Origin: Lytechinus pictus
Lineage: Eukaryota
DNA length: 64,000 nt
Direction: 5' to 3'
Assembly (NCBI RefSeq): GCF_037042905.1
Contig: NC_087245.1
Location: 31,498,001 to 31,562,000, forward strand
Shown: piece after piece, positions 13,855-28,200 of the stretch
How positions within the stretch are numbered: position 1 is the stretch's first letter
How the letters are laid out: the number at the start of each line of letters is the position of its first letter
The notes under the pieces: model-generated
What the model saw: the letters and a program-made list of their open reading frames with translations, nothing else
Databases searched by the model: none
What the model was told of the DNA's origin: nothing
Made by a program: the position numbers and the translations under genes

Positions 13855-14187
13855 ATTGTGACTGGTACTGATGGATTTTCATCGAACCTTCACCAATATT
13901 TTACTCTAGTTTTTCTGCTTTTAATAACCAATTTCTCACAGGGTGAACTTCTCCATTAATGCCACATGATAATCTGCAGTATTTCGTAGCTGCACTAATA
14001 ATGAATAATGGACTATTTCTGAATTAATGGATACAATGCTTTATTCTGATCACCATTTGATCCAGCTGTTTAAAGGTGAATTCATGAAAGGGGTATACAT
14101 GCATGATTTTATTACTGTACGTCCCATTCAGTGATGCTTAAAGTGCACCTGCACGTCTGGCACAGATGGTTGCATTTGTATGTATAA

Positions 14188-14972
14188 GGCTGCGTTTATG
14201 CGACCTCAAGCCAGAATCATGATTTGAATCATGATTTGAATCATGATTCAAAACACAAACATGAATCACAATATCACAGAATCAGCGTTTAGACGACCTT
14301 CATTCCAATGCTGTTTCTCCTCAGATTCGGGCCAATCCAGTGCGCATCACTAGTGCGCAGTTTGACAGAGGAAGTTTTTCGCACGTGTTTCGGCTCTCGA
14401 AAATTCTTTTGCTTCCATCAGAATTCAGTCTATACCTCATTTTGTTTACTTCTATCATAAAGGGTCCATATGCTTCTATTCATCTTGCTAGTTTATCCAA
14501 AATGGTGTTCGGAAGTGAATTTCAGCGTAGATCCAATTTGATATTGATACTGTATACTCAACAACAACTGAGATCATTGTCTGTCCAGTTAATTCATTTA
14601 CTAGAACTTGAAGTTGAAGACATGACCAAAAAATGAAAAATAGTGGACGATGCGATGACCAACACAGAACTTGAACATGACAAGAAATGAATTCATAGTA
14701 CATAGTCATGTACATACAATGAGCATATAGAGCGCCTTGAGCTTGGCAAGAGTCAAACCGAAAGTAGCCCGACACAACAGTGAGGTCATATAATCATGAT
14801 TGTAATCACGATATCGTTTATTCGAACATTTTCGTACGTGATTCTGCAGAAACGTCTTTCCAAACGCCCCTTTTTTCGTGTTTCATGTTTGTGATTCTAA
14901 TCATGATTATATTCAATTTCAACTAAACGCAATCGTGATTCTAGGGTAAAAAAGTGGCGGATAAACGCACCC
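14188..14972. mobile_element. PIF/Harbinger-like MITE
   Basis: TAA|GGCTGCGTTTATGCGACC ... GGCGGATAAACGCACCC|TAA; internal AATCATGATT motifs. Confidence 0.65.
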
Positions 14973-15189
14973 TAATACTCATTATGCAGTTAGCTTTTAG
15001 ACATATATATCCACCTTTTAATCTGTTCCCAAGAATATCAAATGTGCTAAATGCCCCAGACTCCCAATCTTCAAAATAGACTTTCTTTGATGAAAAAACA
15101 TCATTTGATTTAAAGTCTGAAACAAATGGATACATGTATCAGCCAGGCTATTTTCAGGGAAGGGTGTAGAAAGCAAAAGGGGACTGTGA

Positions 15190-15674
15190 CACTGTTCTCA
15201 CTACCTTCCTAAAACTAAATACTGGAAACTAGTTTAACGTGTAATGAGAACGGTCGAAGCGATCTTCCAAACCAGTTCAGAAAACCACCTCGCGATGTAG
15301 TTTCAAGACCGCTTTGCCTCACAACTGGGCGTTGTGGCGTGCGCCTGTAATCCAAGCTGTGGGGAAGTTACAAATTGATGGTGACGTTAAAGGTCGGTCC
15401 CAGACGTAAATTATCATATCTGATTGATACACGTCTGACAAAACTCAAATACACACACTCGTTAAACTGATTTTAGCGTGAGTGAGGACACAACCATTCT
15501 TCAGTAAGCGATCTCACATTTTGATCGCGCTATCCCACACACTGTGTGTAGATTGCCTACGCTGCGGTTTCGAATTTCATGCGAAACGTGTCACCCCGCT
15601 GAGAGCGTTCCCATAGCAACAAGCGATCCTCCAAACTGGTTTCCTGAATCGGTTTCCAGTATTACTAGTTTTAG
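15190..15674. mobile_element. TIR element hosting a SINE-like insert
   Basis: TTCTCACTAC..CTAAAACTA.ATACTGGAAAC versus GTTTCCAGTATTACTAGTTTTAG..GTAATGAGAA. Confidence 0.6.
15321..15460 (+). mobile_element. SINE-like fragment with a 7SL/Alu-like head
   Basis: CTGGGCGTTGTGGCGTGCGCCTGTAATCCAAGCT resembles the 7SL RNA 5' end; short (AC)n tail. Confidence 0.55.
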
Positions 15675-16289
15675 AAAGAGTAATGAGAATGGCCTCATAC
15701 AGTAGAGATCAGAGTGGAAATTTATTCAGCACCTAAAATTTCAAACCTAACATTATGCACAGTTTTTCCCTTCATGCTGCTTACGCATACATACATTACA
15801 TGTAGGTGCATGTGCATGTAAAGCTAGGGGTGCCAAGCCTCACTGAAATTATTCAAATTCAACCACTGAACAAAACAGTGCGTTTTTTAAATGTGTTCTT
15901 CCTTATCTCTCAATCATATTTACCAGAGCAGCTCTATGATTTTCCATAAATTCATTGATCCATAGTTTTCCCCTGGTCTTCCTGTTCAATACAGTATGAA
16001 TCACCTGACAAATGCACTTGTTGTACCTGTATTTCTAGAGGCATTTCCTTCTTAGGCTTTCTCAGAATACATGCACAGTAGCTGCCTACATGTATAACGT
16101 ACATGTTCTACCGATTTTCTTCATAATGACAATTAATTAATCTCCTGAGAGCTTGGATAACGGAAAATTCATAAAGTAAAAATAAAATGTAAATAATTTA
16201 ACATGTTTTTTCCCCCAATGTTCCATCCAATATTGTTTTGAAGGGGTTAGAACCTTATTAGGACTACATACCAAATATTCATACCGGTA

Positions 16290-16741
16290 CAGTCCTTCAC
16301 GTTTATAATTTCGTGGAGCTCAATAAATCGCTCTCCTTATTTTTTTGAGGAGCTCAATTGAGCTCCTCAGAATCGCGAGGCGCTCAAATCAATTCAATAC
16401 AATACATGTATGATAAATTGTAGATTTTTCTTATCATCTTCATAAGTAGTCCCACATGTAGACTTCCATGGTGTATGAAAATCAACATATGGGACTACAA
16501 TATTTACCGAGTTTAAATTCAAATCAGAGTCGGGGAAAGAGGTGAACATTCTTCATTTTTCTGATAGTTTTCAATTAATTTAAAATAATTTCAAGGAATT
16601 ATGGAAAATAGATGGCCATTTCATGGATTTAAAGATGTAAAAGGTGAAATTTTTGCAATTTTTTTAAATTTAATTTTAAATTTTTTTTAGGAGCGCAGTA
16701 GGAGCGCCAGCGCGATCGCGCTCCTCAAAAATGAAGGTCTG
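16290..16741. mobile_element. TIR element with 6-bp flanking direct repeat CCGGTA
   Basis: CAGTCCTTCA ... TGAAGGTCTG; CCGGTA at 16284-16289 and 16742-16747. Confidence 0.6.
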
Positions 16742-18746
16742 CCGGTACTTAATTTTGGCCATCCCTATTTATATCCATAGCATTTAGTCATGAGTGCATT
16801 GTTTATTATGTATAACAAAGGGAAATCCAACATTTGGTTAACTTTAAAAATATCAAGCTTTTTATGTTTTTTTTTCTTTATTAGATAATTGACTGTGTTT
16901 GTATGCATCAGAATATGTGTACAGTAGCTAATTTATAGAGCACAGGTCCACCTTCCAGTGGTCATGGTGCTTCAAGAAAATATTCATAAGAACAATAATT
17001 AAAATGAAATAGAGCAAGAAAATTCACATTATCACATGTATGAAGTGTTTGCTATTCATGAGAAAACAATATTGATACAGTTCTTGAGTCTTATCTTGAA
17101 ATAAAATTGAAGGGACAACTGCTTGCATACAGCAAGTACTGCACAATAGCTTATTTCCTTTGACATTTAAGACATTTCATGATGTGTTTGTTCTTTGAGT
17201 CCCAATGAACTTCAGCAAGTGTTTTGTTGGGTAAAGGCACTTCTAATTTTAACCCAAATCTAGTGCTGAGTGTGTTATTTATTTTTTTCTGTATTCAGTG
17301 AAATCTCTTTTGAATCAAAGCCCTTTGTGAAAGCAGAGGTTGGGAGAGGCGGTGATTTCTTTATTGATTGAACTTTGATTGTGGTGATGGATTTTACTTC
17401 GGGCAACTGTGCTTTAAAACATCAAGCACCTTTTTACAAATGTTATGATTATTATTGGTGCTGTTACTGGGGGGGGGGGGTGGGGGGCTGCAATACAGAA
17501 GAACACCTCTTACCTCTCTGTTTAATGCCTGTCTTGTTGTTGGAGAGTATTAGAGTAAAACAATATGCATGTTCATACATTCATTTTTAAAACCTTAAAA
17601 AAAAAAATTAGTTCTATTTATTTATTTATTTATAATGTTTGTTTGATACATGTAGCTCTTTTGTTCATTTATTTCTTCTATCCATCCATCCATTTTTTTT
17701 TTTTTTGGGGGGGGGGATGTAGTAATGTACTGTACATGTACTGTAGTAAGCTTTTTTTTTGTTTTATTGATTTTTATTGATTTTTTCAGTGACTTAGTTA
17801 CAAACTCCCTTGTTTCCGGACCTGTGTGCTACTCCACCCTGAATCCATCCCCCTAGTCTGCTGTGTGAACCCTTCACTCGATTTAAAGTGGTCTGGATGT
17901 GCACCCTACAATGACTTGTGTGTAGAAGGTACAGCAAGTTTGACATGTATGTGTGCTAGTCTTGAGTGGCAACCCACTTATTGATCAACCAGGGTCTGTG
18001 TCTGCAGACTATCCCCAATCCTCCCCCCACCCCCTGCCATATAATGTCATTCGTACATCACCTTCAGGTCTTGCTTAGCTGAGGACGTTTTGGAGCACCA
18101 ATTAAATGCAGTTGATGCTAGCTAACAAAGTGCATGATACCCATTTCCCATCCAGAGTCTCTTAGCTTGCGTAAAACATCGGCCCATTAAACAAGATGTT
18201 CGGGGCGATTCCATGCTTAAAATATTAGCCATTTTCACAACATTTTCCAACCTACTGTCCAAACAAACAAGGAACTTCAATTTGTTTTGTGAAAGTGCTA
18301 CTGGGTAGTCATGTGAAAAAAATGACAACCAACAAAAACATTTTGTCCATGGGTGAATTAGAGGTGAAAATGTACAGGCCATTCCTGATTCCGTACGACA
18401 CACATTATTTTCACCTTTAATTCACCCATAATCAAACATTTTTTGTTGGTTATCATTTTTTTTCTTATGACCACCCTCTGTATCTTAATATCATCAACAA
18501 TGAAGAAAATTTTATTGCTCAAGCATTCAGTAAAGAGACTATAAATTGTCAAAATGACTTGTACAACATGTATGGAATTGCCCTTCAGCAGGTTTTTCAA
18601 AGATTGCATTTATTACAATCACTTCCTTTTGCTGGACCAAATCCAAGATCAGGCTATATAAATCTTGGCAGTTGTTGCTGGTGTTTTGACTGGACACAAA
18701 TTTTGGGGATGGCAAGAAGCATCACGCTGACCCAAACCTTGAGCTA

Positions 18747-19387
18747 CACTTGGTGATTTCAAGTTAGGTGTTCGGTGTTGGTGTGGAGAGCGTAAAAAGG
18801 GCGCTGAACCGAGCTGGGTTCAGAGGAACGATATCGATTGTGTTATCGATAGCATATATGAAGTCACGCCTCTGCGCTGCTTAATCATCTCAGCTTCACA
18901 CGAGAAGTATCGACGATGAAAATGAAATCGGAGAGAAACTCATTAAATTCTTATCGTACAGAATACCAATGCTTTAATTAATACAAGAATTCAAATTCAT
19001 TATTCGTCATCAAAATATATAAAGCTCAAATGATTTATACTCAACTATAAAAGCTAATTTTACGGGGATGTTTCATCGTGTTCGCCGCCTACTCACGAGC
19101 TTGAAATTGCCAACACCAACACCGAACTTGAAATCATGATTTTCCCAATCCCGGGGGTTGGTGTTGGTGAATGGGGAAATTGCACGTAGATTGTCAACAC
19201 CAGCCGCAGTGCTGGGTTCAGCAGACGACGTTCAACAACAGTCTTCAACACGTACTGCCGGAAATACGTCATATTTTCCGAGGTCACTCCTAACACCAAC
19301 CTGATTTCAAGTACGGTGTTGTGGCTGATGTTCGTGTTGTCACAACACAAGACCAGATTTCAACACCGTACTTGAAATCACCCACTG
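18747..19387. mobile_element. Tc1/mariner-like MITE (TA TSD, CA...TG termini); related copy at about 29215-29875
   Basis: TA|CACTTGGTGATTTCAAGT ... ACTTGAAATCACCCACTG|TA. Confidence 0.7.
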
Positions 19388-19833
19388 TACCTGTACCTGT
19401 AGGTGGGAATATATACAAGAAAATCTAATAATGCAATGGCACATGTCAAAGTGGCCTGTCAAATATTGGGCCAACTCTCGAAAATGTACAATTTTTTTAC
19501 ATTATTACTGGTCAGCATTATGTAGGCCTGATAATCTAATGTCAATTTTACCAGGGGCGGATCCACGATTTTCCAAAAGGGGGGGGGGCACATTTTCCCG
19601 AGGAAAAATTTGACAAGGAAAAAAAAAAAAAAATCAACAAAAAATAAGGACATTTTCGTCCACAAAAAGTTGACAAGCAAAATGCTTTAACAGCATTTTA
19701 CATTACAAATTTTAATTGTGCCTCTCAAAAGGGGGGGGGGCATGGGCCGGCTTTGCCCCCCCCCCCCTGGATCCGCCATTGTACATGTATGTTTATGGCC
19801 TTTTTAATTTGGTTAGCCTGGTTGTGCAACTTC

Positions 19834-20437
19834 TTAAAGGGGAATCCAGCCTTGGCCATAAAATGTTGTGTTGGGAAGGAGAAAAATAAATTAAACAGAA
19901 TGGTGAAAGTTTGAAAGAAATCGGACAAGCAGTAAGAAAGTTATAGCTGCTTTAAAATTGAGATCACTAATACTATGTAGATTTCAAATTGGCAACTGGG
20001 TAAGTAAATTATGACAAGGGGCAAGGACAACTTTCCCATAGGCCATGTACTTTATTATCAGGGATTTGTGGTTTTCTCCTAAGTACCCATTCCCCTGGGG
20101 CAGTAATCTAAATATAACCCAGGTAGTATATTGTTTTATGTCCTCATGAAAGAAAAATATAATTTGAAATAAAACTTTTGGGGAAAATGACATTTTAGCC
20201 ATAATATGTATTGGAGTACATGGAAGAGTAGTCCTTGCCTTACATCACTATGATATCCCATATGCGGCCAATTTGAAGTCTCCATGGGTATAGTGATTAC
20301 CAATATTTACAACTTTTAAAAATTCATAACTTTCTTGTTGTTGGTCCAATACTGTTCAAACTTTCACCTATCAACTTGTCTGATTTTTCTTTTCCTTATA
20401 AAAAACAAGTTTTTATTTGGGTTGTTTTCCCCTTTAA
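19834..20437. mobile_element. Young approximately 600-bp TTAA-flanked MITE, copy 2
   Basis: Same sequence as 7484-8086 with few differences. Confidence 0.9.
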
Positions 20438-20751
20438 TGAAAAAAAAAATGATTTACTTATAATATGTATACTGCTGAGCACTGTTGTTTCGTTGCCTTT
20501 GCCTGAAGGGGCGCAGAATGTTCTGTGAATGTTCTTTTCATCACGAAAACGTGATGAACAGAGTTAAGGCTTAAAGGTCACAGAGATTAAATATTTGAAA
20601 ATGAATAGTTCTCATGAAATCCTCTTCAACCAGTCGTGAGGTAAACAATGAATAGACCCAATACTTAATACCTGTAAAATAAATTCTTATAAAGTCACCT
20701 GAAACTTTTAACTCTAGGACATATTAATACCAAAAAAAACCTTTTAACTCT

Positions 20752-21144
20752 AGAGGCGGTGCTGCACCAGCGTGAGTTTGCTCAATCTCGAGATTTTAGC
20801 CCTATTGGCTCTCTTCGCGATTAATCTCGAGATTCAAGAAAGAGCAAGAAGAGCGATTCCTGCTCTTGCGAGGCATCGATGCATTATGGTCTGACGCCGT
20901 GAATAAATCATCTCGAGTGCGTATGTACTTGGTCTGCGAATTAGCAGGATAATTAGTAAAATAGCGCGCTATTTTGCAAATAATCCCAAGTTGACTTGGG
21001 ATTGCAACCTCGAGATTAATCCAGTGAACTAGCGCGATAATTGCATCTCCATACAAATAAACTCGAGATTGTTCAGGTCGGGATAAATTGCCGGATCAGA
21101 AATAGCGCGCTAATTAGAAAACTCGGGCTGGTGCAGACGGCCCT
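20752..21144. mobile_element. CpG-rich TIR element (Harbinger-like)
   Basis: GGCGGTGCTGCACCAGC ... GCTGGTGCAGACGGCC; internal CTCGAGATT and TAGCGCG repeats. Confidence 0.55.
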
Positions 21145-21484
21145 TAGTTGACACATTAGCAATGTGGGTCATCGGCCTGACTAGTCATGCCTGGGTACAC
21201 CGCTGCAGCAGTTGCTCAATGTTTGTATTAATTCAGTTTATAAATGTCACAAAATAGTTCATTGATCATTCAGTTATTAATTTTACAATGCCATTTTGCT
21301 GTTATGACTGGATTTATTGATTGTCATCATAATTGTTTTACTTGTATACATTGCAGTTATTTGTATTTTTTTTTTAAATCACCAGTGATCACCAAATGTC
21401 CATTTATGGGAGAATAAATGAATTCAATTCAATCTGATTAGCACTGTCTACATTAAAGATCTTGTAATATTTGCTTTAATACAA

Positions 21485-21895
21485 GTCTCTCCATATCTCC
21501 TTTCTCTTTCACTTTCTCCTTCCCTCTCCTACCCCAGTCTCCTTCCTTCCCCATCTCTCTCTATCTTTCCCTCTCTCCCACTTTCACACTCTCCTTCCTT
21601 TTTATCCATTTCCCCTCCACTCCTCTACCCTCTTTATATTGTTTCTCTCCCTCTCTCTCACTTGCACTCTTTCCATCTCTCTCCTACCCGTTTCCTTCCT
21701 TTCCCTCCACTTCTGCTCTCTCTCCCTCTCCCCCTACCTCTCATTTGCTATCTTCCCGCTGTTCAATACCCATATCTCGCACACACTGTTTTCTCTCCAT
21801 AAATTCCAATTTTTTTTCGCAAGCCTCCTAATAATATCTTCCCATTATTTTCCCTTGTTTCCTTCCCAATGTCTGATGTACCTTCCATCACTGTA
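21485..21895 (+). repeat. CT-rich low-complexity tract upstream of the first coding exon
   Basis: Polypyrimidine sequence. Confidence 0.85.
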
Positions 21896-22078
21896 CGTGC
21901 AGCCAGACATACACAGAATAAACTCTTCATGCTTGTGAGCACAACAAGACAAGAAGCACGGCTTCACACCGACTTGAACAACAGTGTCTGAATGACAGGA
22001 GACAAACAAATCAAGCAATCTTTTAATAATGCATCGATTTAACACAATCTAATCTTGGAACTCGATGCTGACAGGGAA

Positions 22079-22274
22079 ATGGAGTCTCCAGCTGTTTATG
22101 GACAGTGCATGTGTAAATCACAGATCATCTTGCCACCAAAGATGGAGGAGGGTATGGAGGGGAAGTGTTGTAGAAGTTCATCAAGGGCTGCTGATTCAAC
22201 CTTCAATTGGAGGTCACACTGGATTCAAAAGGTCACATTGCTCCTGTTCGTGATGGTGCTAACAATATTACCAG
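22079..22274 (+). CDS. KIAA0319L: First coding exon: N-terminus and hydrophobic signal/anchor (MESPAVYG...KVTLLLFVMVLTILP)
   Basis: ATG at 22079 with further in-frame ATGs downstream; donor CAG|GTAAGT, phase 1. A likely upstream acceptor is TGCAG at 21898-21902 after a long pyrimidine tract, so the exon probably includes 5'UTR. Confidence 0.75.
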
Positions 22275-25200
22275 GTAAGTATCGGAATAGTTTTGAAGAT
22301 ATGGCCCTACTCTACTTGTACATGTGTATATTGATATTGATTGCCGAAAGGAATGATGATGAATAAACTAAGTTTTAGTCATTGAGTGCTGGTTATTTCC
22401 TTGATGTATACTTTGAAGTATTTAGAGAATAATGTTTAATATGTCCATAGATGCGTTTTAGAATTTTTATTAATTTTATTTGTATCAATATTGCATACTT
22501 TTAATCTATGCATGTACCTATATACATATACTTTTTTCACAAAATTTGTGCCTCACTGTCATTTTTTTTACTAGTGTTATATTCTGCTGACGATTATACT
22601 GTTTTTAAGTTAATAAAAAATAGAATTAACTTTTCATTCAAAATTATCATGACACAAATCATAACTTAATTGCCAACCACCCTTTTTTCTTTTATAATTT
22701 GTATTTTCACAGCTTCCATAGATGGGACATGCATAACAGGACAGAAAATGAGAGGCTATGTTCCTAGTGATGAACGTACACAAAACGATTATGAACTAAT
22801 AAAAGATTTAAGATCATTGGATGAATGCATAACATTTTGTTGCCAGTCACAAGTGTGTGATATGGTGTGGATGGTGGCCGACAGTTGTTATTCTGTGCAA
22901 TGCTTCAGCGAAGAAACGTGCCAGTCTGGAGAAAGCCATGATCTGCCGAGCGACACGACGGTAGTTCAAATTACCCACCAATCAGGTGAATTTTCTATCA
23001 TCTTTTGGAATGTGAATTTGAAAGGACTATTTGTGAAATAATTACTAGCTAATATTCATTTTCAATCCTTAATAATACATGTACACAGGGCTTGACATAA
23101 TTAGCCGCCTGGGACCCATTAGCGCCCAGATCAAATCTCTGTTGCACTTGAAAATGGGAAAAGAAGAAATCTCGGTGCCTGGATCGGCTAGCTAAAATTC
23201 CAAAATTAATTTGTGATCCCTTCCATGGAACATGTTATAAAATAATTTCAAGCTTTTTTTAAATAAGGCTCTGTCACAACGTTCCATGCAAGCCTTGCGT
23301 TTGACTTTAGGGTGACTTTTTTGGCAACCCGCTTGTCACACGCAGGTCGCCCGCATTGGAAGTACTGTATCTTGCTCGCATCTCGCACACAGTTGCCCGC
23401 AGAAGAGCATGCAAGTCTGATTTGCACACAGAAAAGTTTTGATCAAACTCAAAACTTTGTTTCGGGTTAGTTGCGGGCATCACCCCCAACTCACCTGCAA
23501 GGCTTGCATGGAACGATATGACAGGGCCTTTTGAAACAAAGATTACATGTATGCCCTTCTTTGAGATTTTCTGCAAACTGAGAACTTTGATATCTTCCAG
23601 AATGAACTCTTACTACCTTGGTAGAAATGTAATTCTTATCTTCTCGACAAAGTCGGAAGGGGAAATTAAATGGAGAAGAACTCGCCAACACCACAGATTA
23701 ATGCACAATCGTTCGGCACATGTTTTAAAATTGTTTTTTGGTGAAATTTCGAAACTTGTTGCTGATTTAGTTAAAGCTTATGGTAACATTTCTCTGTACA
23801 CCAGGGAAATTGTGGGTGCATGATTTTTTATTGTGTGAAGTTCATTTTCAATGCTTTCATGATCTCATAATGGAAATTTGTTCCAGGTGCCCAGAATTGA
23901 ATTTCTCGAAAGTTTGTAAAATCTTTGCATCTGGCCGGACCCCCAGGAAAAAATGTTAGTGTCGAGCCCTGATGTACTCTGATGAGATTGAAAGAAAAAT
24001 TCATGTGCATGTATTTAAGTAATTTGATATTTTTCATGCTATTAGCATTTTGTCATAAAACTGTTGACACGTTTTCTTGCAAATTTTTTCCAAGCAAGTT
24101 GTACGTGAACCTTTCGAGCTCTTTGTCAACATAACAGCTCATTTTAATCCCCTGGGTCTACTTGTATTCATATTAGAGCTTTAGCAAGTAGACAATTTGT
24201 CATTGGCCATGTGTTCACAGTCACATTGTCCATGTGTGTGGTGTACATGTAGGCTTATGGTGGTTTTACAGACCAAATGATTTTTTAAAAAATGAAGAAA
24301 ATATACTGGTCATTAAAAAGGGAATATGCATTGTTTAATTAATAAGATATTTTTATATACAGCTATGGAACAGGACGGGATGGGATCAAATACATGTAAC
24401 AACAAAAAATGTAATTTTTTTTCTTTTTTTTATGGGAAACTGTTCTGTTTCCACAAGAACTTGAAGCTCCTTGGGCAAATAAAGAAAGCTTCTTAGAATA
24501 GGCATGATATGATTCGGTGACTGACTATATTATGATTCACAAGATCAACAAATAAGTTTGGATTGTTCATTGGTTCTGATATTCCAATTGATAGGATACC
24601 AAATCATATTCAAGATATTCATCAAGCAAAATCTGTTTTGTTTACATTGATTTTGACATTTTGATAACGGATTGAAATCATTGGACTGTATTATGTCCAC
24701 ATGTGCACTGTACAATGTACCTGCACTCTTGAGTTTAATTTGCAATCCCACACTCTGTGTGCAGACAGCTGGAGTCCCTAAATCCTGAGATCGAGCACAG
24801 CTGTGAGAGAAGAGAGAGAGAGAGAGAGAGATAGAGTATGAGAAACAGAGAGAGAGAGGAAGAGAAAGAAAAAAAAACCATGAGAGTGCGAGAAAGAAAG
24901 ACGAATGTATACATTTCATGTAGACAGACACAGAGATACAGAAAGAGAGTTGGCCATATGGTCCGTGTAATATGATATCCCCAAACAATGGTCTACCACG
25001 ATGATATGTACCTCTTAATATTTGATACAGTTTGATGGCTTTCAATCAATCTATACCTGTGAGTGATTAGAATCCTTCTTGTACATACTGTTCTGTACAT
25101 GTAAATGTAATATAGGTCTTAAAATGGTTGGTACATGTATGTGTATAACATTCATGAACATGCACTGAACATAATTTATATCCACATATCAAACTGAGCC

Positions 25201-28200
25201 ATAGAACATACATGTACATGTATGTACATGCACCTGTAGCCTACTTAAAGGACAAGTCCACCCCAACAAAAAGTTGATTTGAATAAAAAGCGAAAAATCC
25301 AAGACAACAAGCATAACACTGAAAATTTCATCAAAATTGGATTTTTAAGAAGAAAGTTATAACATTTAAAAGTTGTGTTTAATTTCACAAAACAGGTATA
25401 TATATGCACATTCTGGTCAATATGCAAATGAGACTGATGACACCATCCACTCACTATTCTCATATATTTTATTATATGAAATATGAAATATTCTAATTTC
25501 CTCCTCATTGTCAAGTGAAACAACGATTAATTCCTCCCTGAACATGTGAAATCAGCATTCTTCAATACTATATGGTTCAGTCAAGTTGGTCCTTGTTGTC
25601 AATCTGTAAAAAAATATGAAATATGAAGTATTGTATGATTCAAATTAAAAAAACTAAAGAAATAGTGAGTAAGAGACATCATGGTCTGTCTCATAGTGAG
25701 TGAGGGACATCATCGTCTGTTCATTTGCATGACACTGAGTTGTGCATATCACTGTTTTGTGAAAAATAAGTGAAGCTTTAAAATGTCATAACTTTCTTTC
25801 ATTCAGTATTTTACATCTGATTTGGATGAAATTTTCCGCATTATGTTAGTTTGATTTTTCTCTATTTTTATTCAAATCAACATTATTCTGAGATGGACTT
25901 GACCTTGAAAGTCTCATCAACATTCATGATTGAGTGGGAACTTAGAATACCGGTAGATAAAAATGAAATTAATAACAAATTAGATTATTTCCTGTAAAAA
26001 ATGATACTACATGTATAGGTTGCAATCTATGAATGGTAGAAATGTATAGTATTCTTACAGTATTGATACCAAGTATGTACATTTCAAATTCCTCTTCGGT
26101 TTATTATAATGGTTTCCTCCCAATTAATAGTGAACCATGGCCCCCATATTCCTTTGAAAATTTCAATTCATGTGCTAATGTACTGCATTTGATCAATATT
26201 TTTGACACATAATCAATACTTTGACATCTGATCATTTTGGGGTTTTTTTTGTGAAGAATTATTATTATAAATGAACACTGAAAGGTGAAATATGCTGACA
26301 TTTCCTGTATGTTGCATGTACATGTATATTGCACACCTGTCAAACAGATGTGCAGTTTGTTATGAAATTGTGCATATTAGTATTACACCTATCTTGTGAG
26401 ACGAAAAATCCTGTACACCTCACAATTCAATTTATGGAGAAATATACGTGATTTATTATATGATGACCTGAAATAGTATCTTCTCCCAAGTAATTTGATA
26501 CCATATTTGTATGGCATATGTTTATGCTTCAATGAACAGGATATTCTTGAACTGTGATGTAAAATTTGATTTACACTTGCAGTATAAAGCATCATTGTAC
26601 ATGTAAACCCCCTTTCATTATGAAAATGATGATCATCACCATCATCATCATCATCATTATAACCATTATCATGATCATGATCATCATTATCATCATCACC
26701 ATCACCATCATATTTTTTTATCCCAATCACCACCTTCATCATCATCACTGTCATCATCACCATCAATATCATCATCATAATGATTATCCCAATCACCATT
26801 ATCATGATCATCACCATCACCACCACCATAATCATCCTCACCACCATAATCATCATGACCATGACCATGACCATGACCATCATCATCATCATCATCATCA
26901 TCATCACTGTTATCACCATCTCCATTATCTTTGCTTCATATGGATATCTAAACCAGGTTCCCTATTCTGACATATTTATTTTCTTGTCAAACTAGATCAC
27001 GCAACAACATCCAGTAGGCAGTGTACTCCAGGATTCGATGACTGCCCATACAATGAAGTGTGTCGGAGAGACCCGATGTATGAAAGGAATACTTGCCAGT
27101 GCCAGGCTGGTTTTTCAAGGGATTTGTACGGGGAATGTGTCTATGATGAAAGTGCATGTAAGTAATACTCAAGCCTCCAAATCCAAACCTCCAAATATGC
27201 AAGACATTTATTTGTATTGTGCTGCACTCAACCCAGGTGAGGTATAAAAGGGATGCCTGGCAGGAATTTATTCCTTTAAGAGCAATGTGCAGAATAGCTA
27301 CTGTGCTATTAAAAACCAGGCTAATTATGCTGCATTGTTATGTGCTTTTAGACACTTATGTATCATTCACCACAAACCTATGTACAGTAATCAAGTATGA
27401 TATTATAATATTTTTGTCTTGCCTTCAAAGCAGAGCGAGACTATAGGGGCCGCTTTTCCGACAGCGGCGGAGTCATCAACATTGAAATCTTAACCAAGTT
27501 TAAGTTTTTGAAATGTTGTCATAACCTCGAAATTATATGGACCTAATTCATAAAATTTAGACATAAGGGTAATAGTGTATCACTAAAGGTGTAGAGGTGT
27601 TGTGGCTCAGTGGATAAGTCTTCGGACTTCGAAACACAAGGTCCGGGGTTCAAATCCCACCGCAGCACTAGCGTCCTTTGGCAAGGCGTTTATCTACATT
27701 TGCCACTCTTGACCCAGGTGTAGTAAATGGGTAGCAAGGAATTCCTTGAATGCTCAATGCGCCCGATCAGGGTAGCCGTGCTAAAGCCGGGGTAATAGTA
27801 TGTAGCGCTTAGAATCATTTGTATTAAGCACTATACAAATGTTGCATATTATTATTAAAGATCCTGCCTGAGTTTCAGGGCACATGATTAAGGTCAAAGG
27901 TCAATTAGGGTCAACAAACTTTGGCTATGTTGGGGTTATTTGAGGAAGTGTCATCATAACTTTTAAATTTTATGGATCTAGTTCATGAAACTTGGACATA
28001 AGAGCAGCAATATATCCCTGAATACCCTGTGCATGTTTTGGAACATGGCCAAGATCAAAGGTAATTTAAAGGTCAATGAACTCTGGTCGTGTTGGGAGTG
28101 AATTGGGATGATAATTAAGAAAGTTTATGGATCTACATGTAGCTCATGAAACATCGACATAAGGGTAATCAAGTATGAATGATTGTTTTGTGCATGTCTT

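Noticed and set aside
15325..15365. Human Alu contamination or a true SRP RNA gene
   Set aside because: Only about 40 nt resemble 7SL/Alu, and they are embedded in native repeat sequence; neither the Alu body nor the SRP S-domain follows.
26389..26995. Overlapping Met/Ile/His-rich ORFs
   Set aside because: (CAT)n microsatellite artefacts.
27594..27670. Possible tRNA gene (also 58162-58235)
   Set aside because: A/B boxes continue into a SINE body and (TAT)n tail; no intact cloverleaf is evident.
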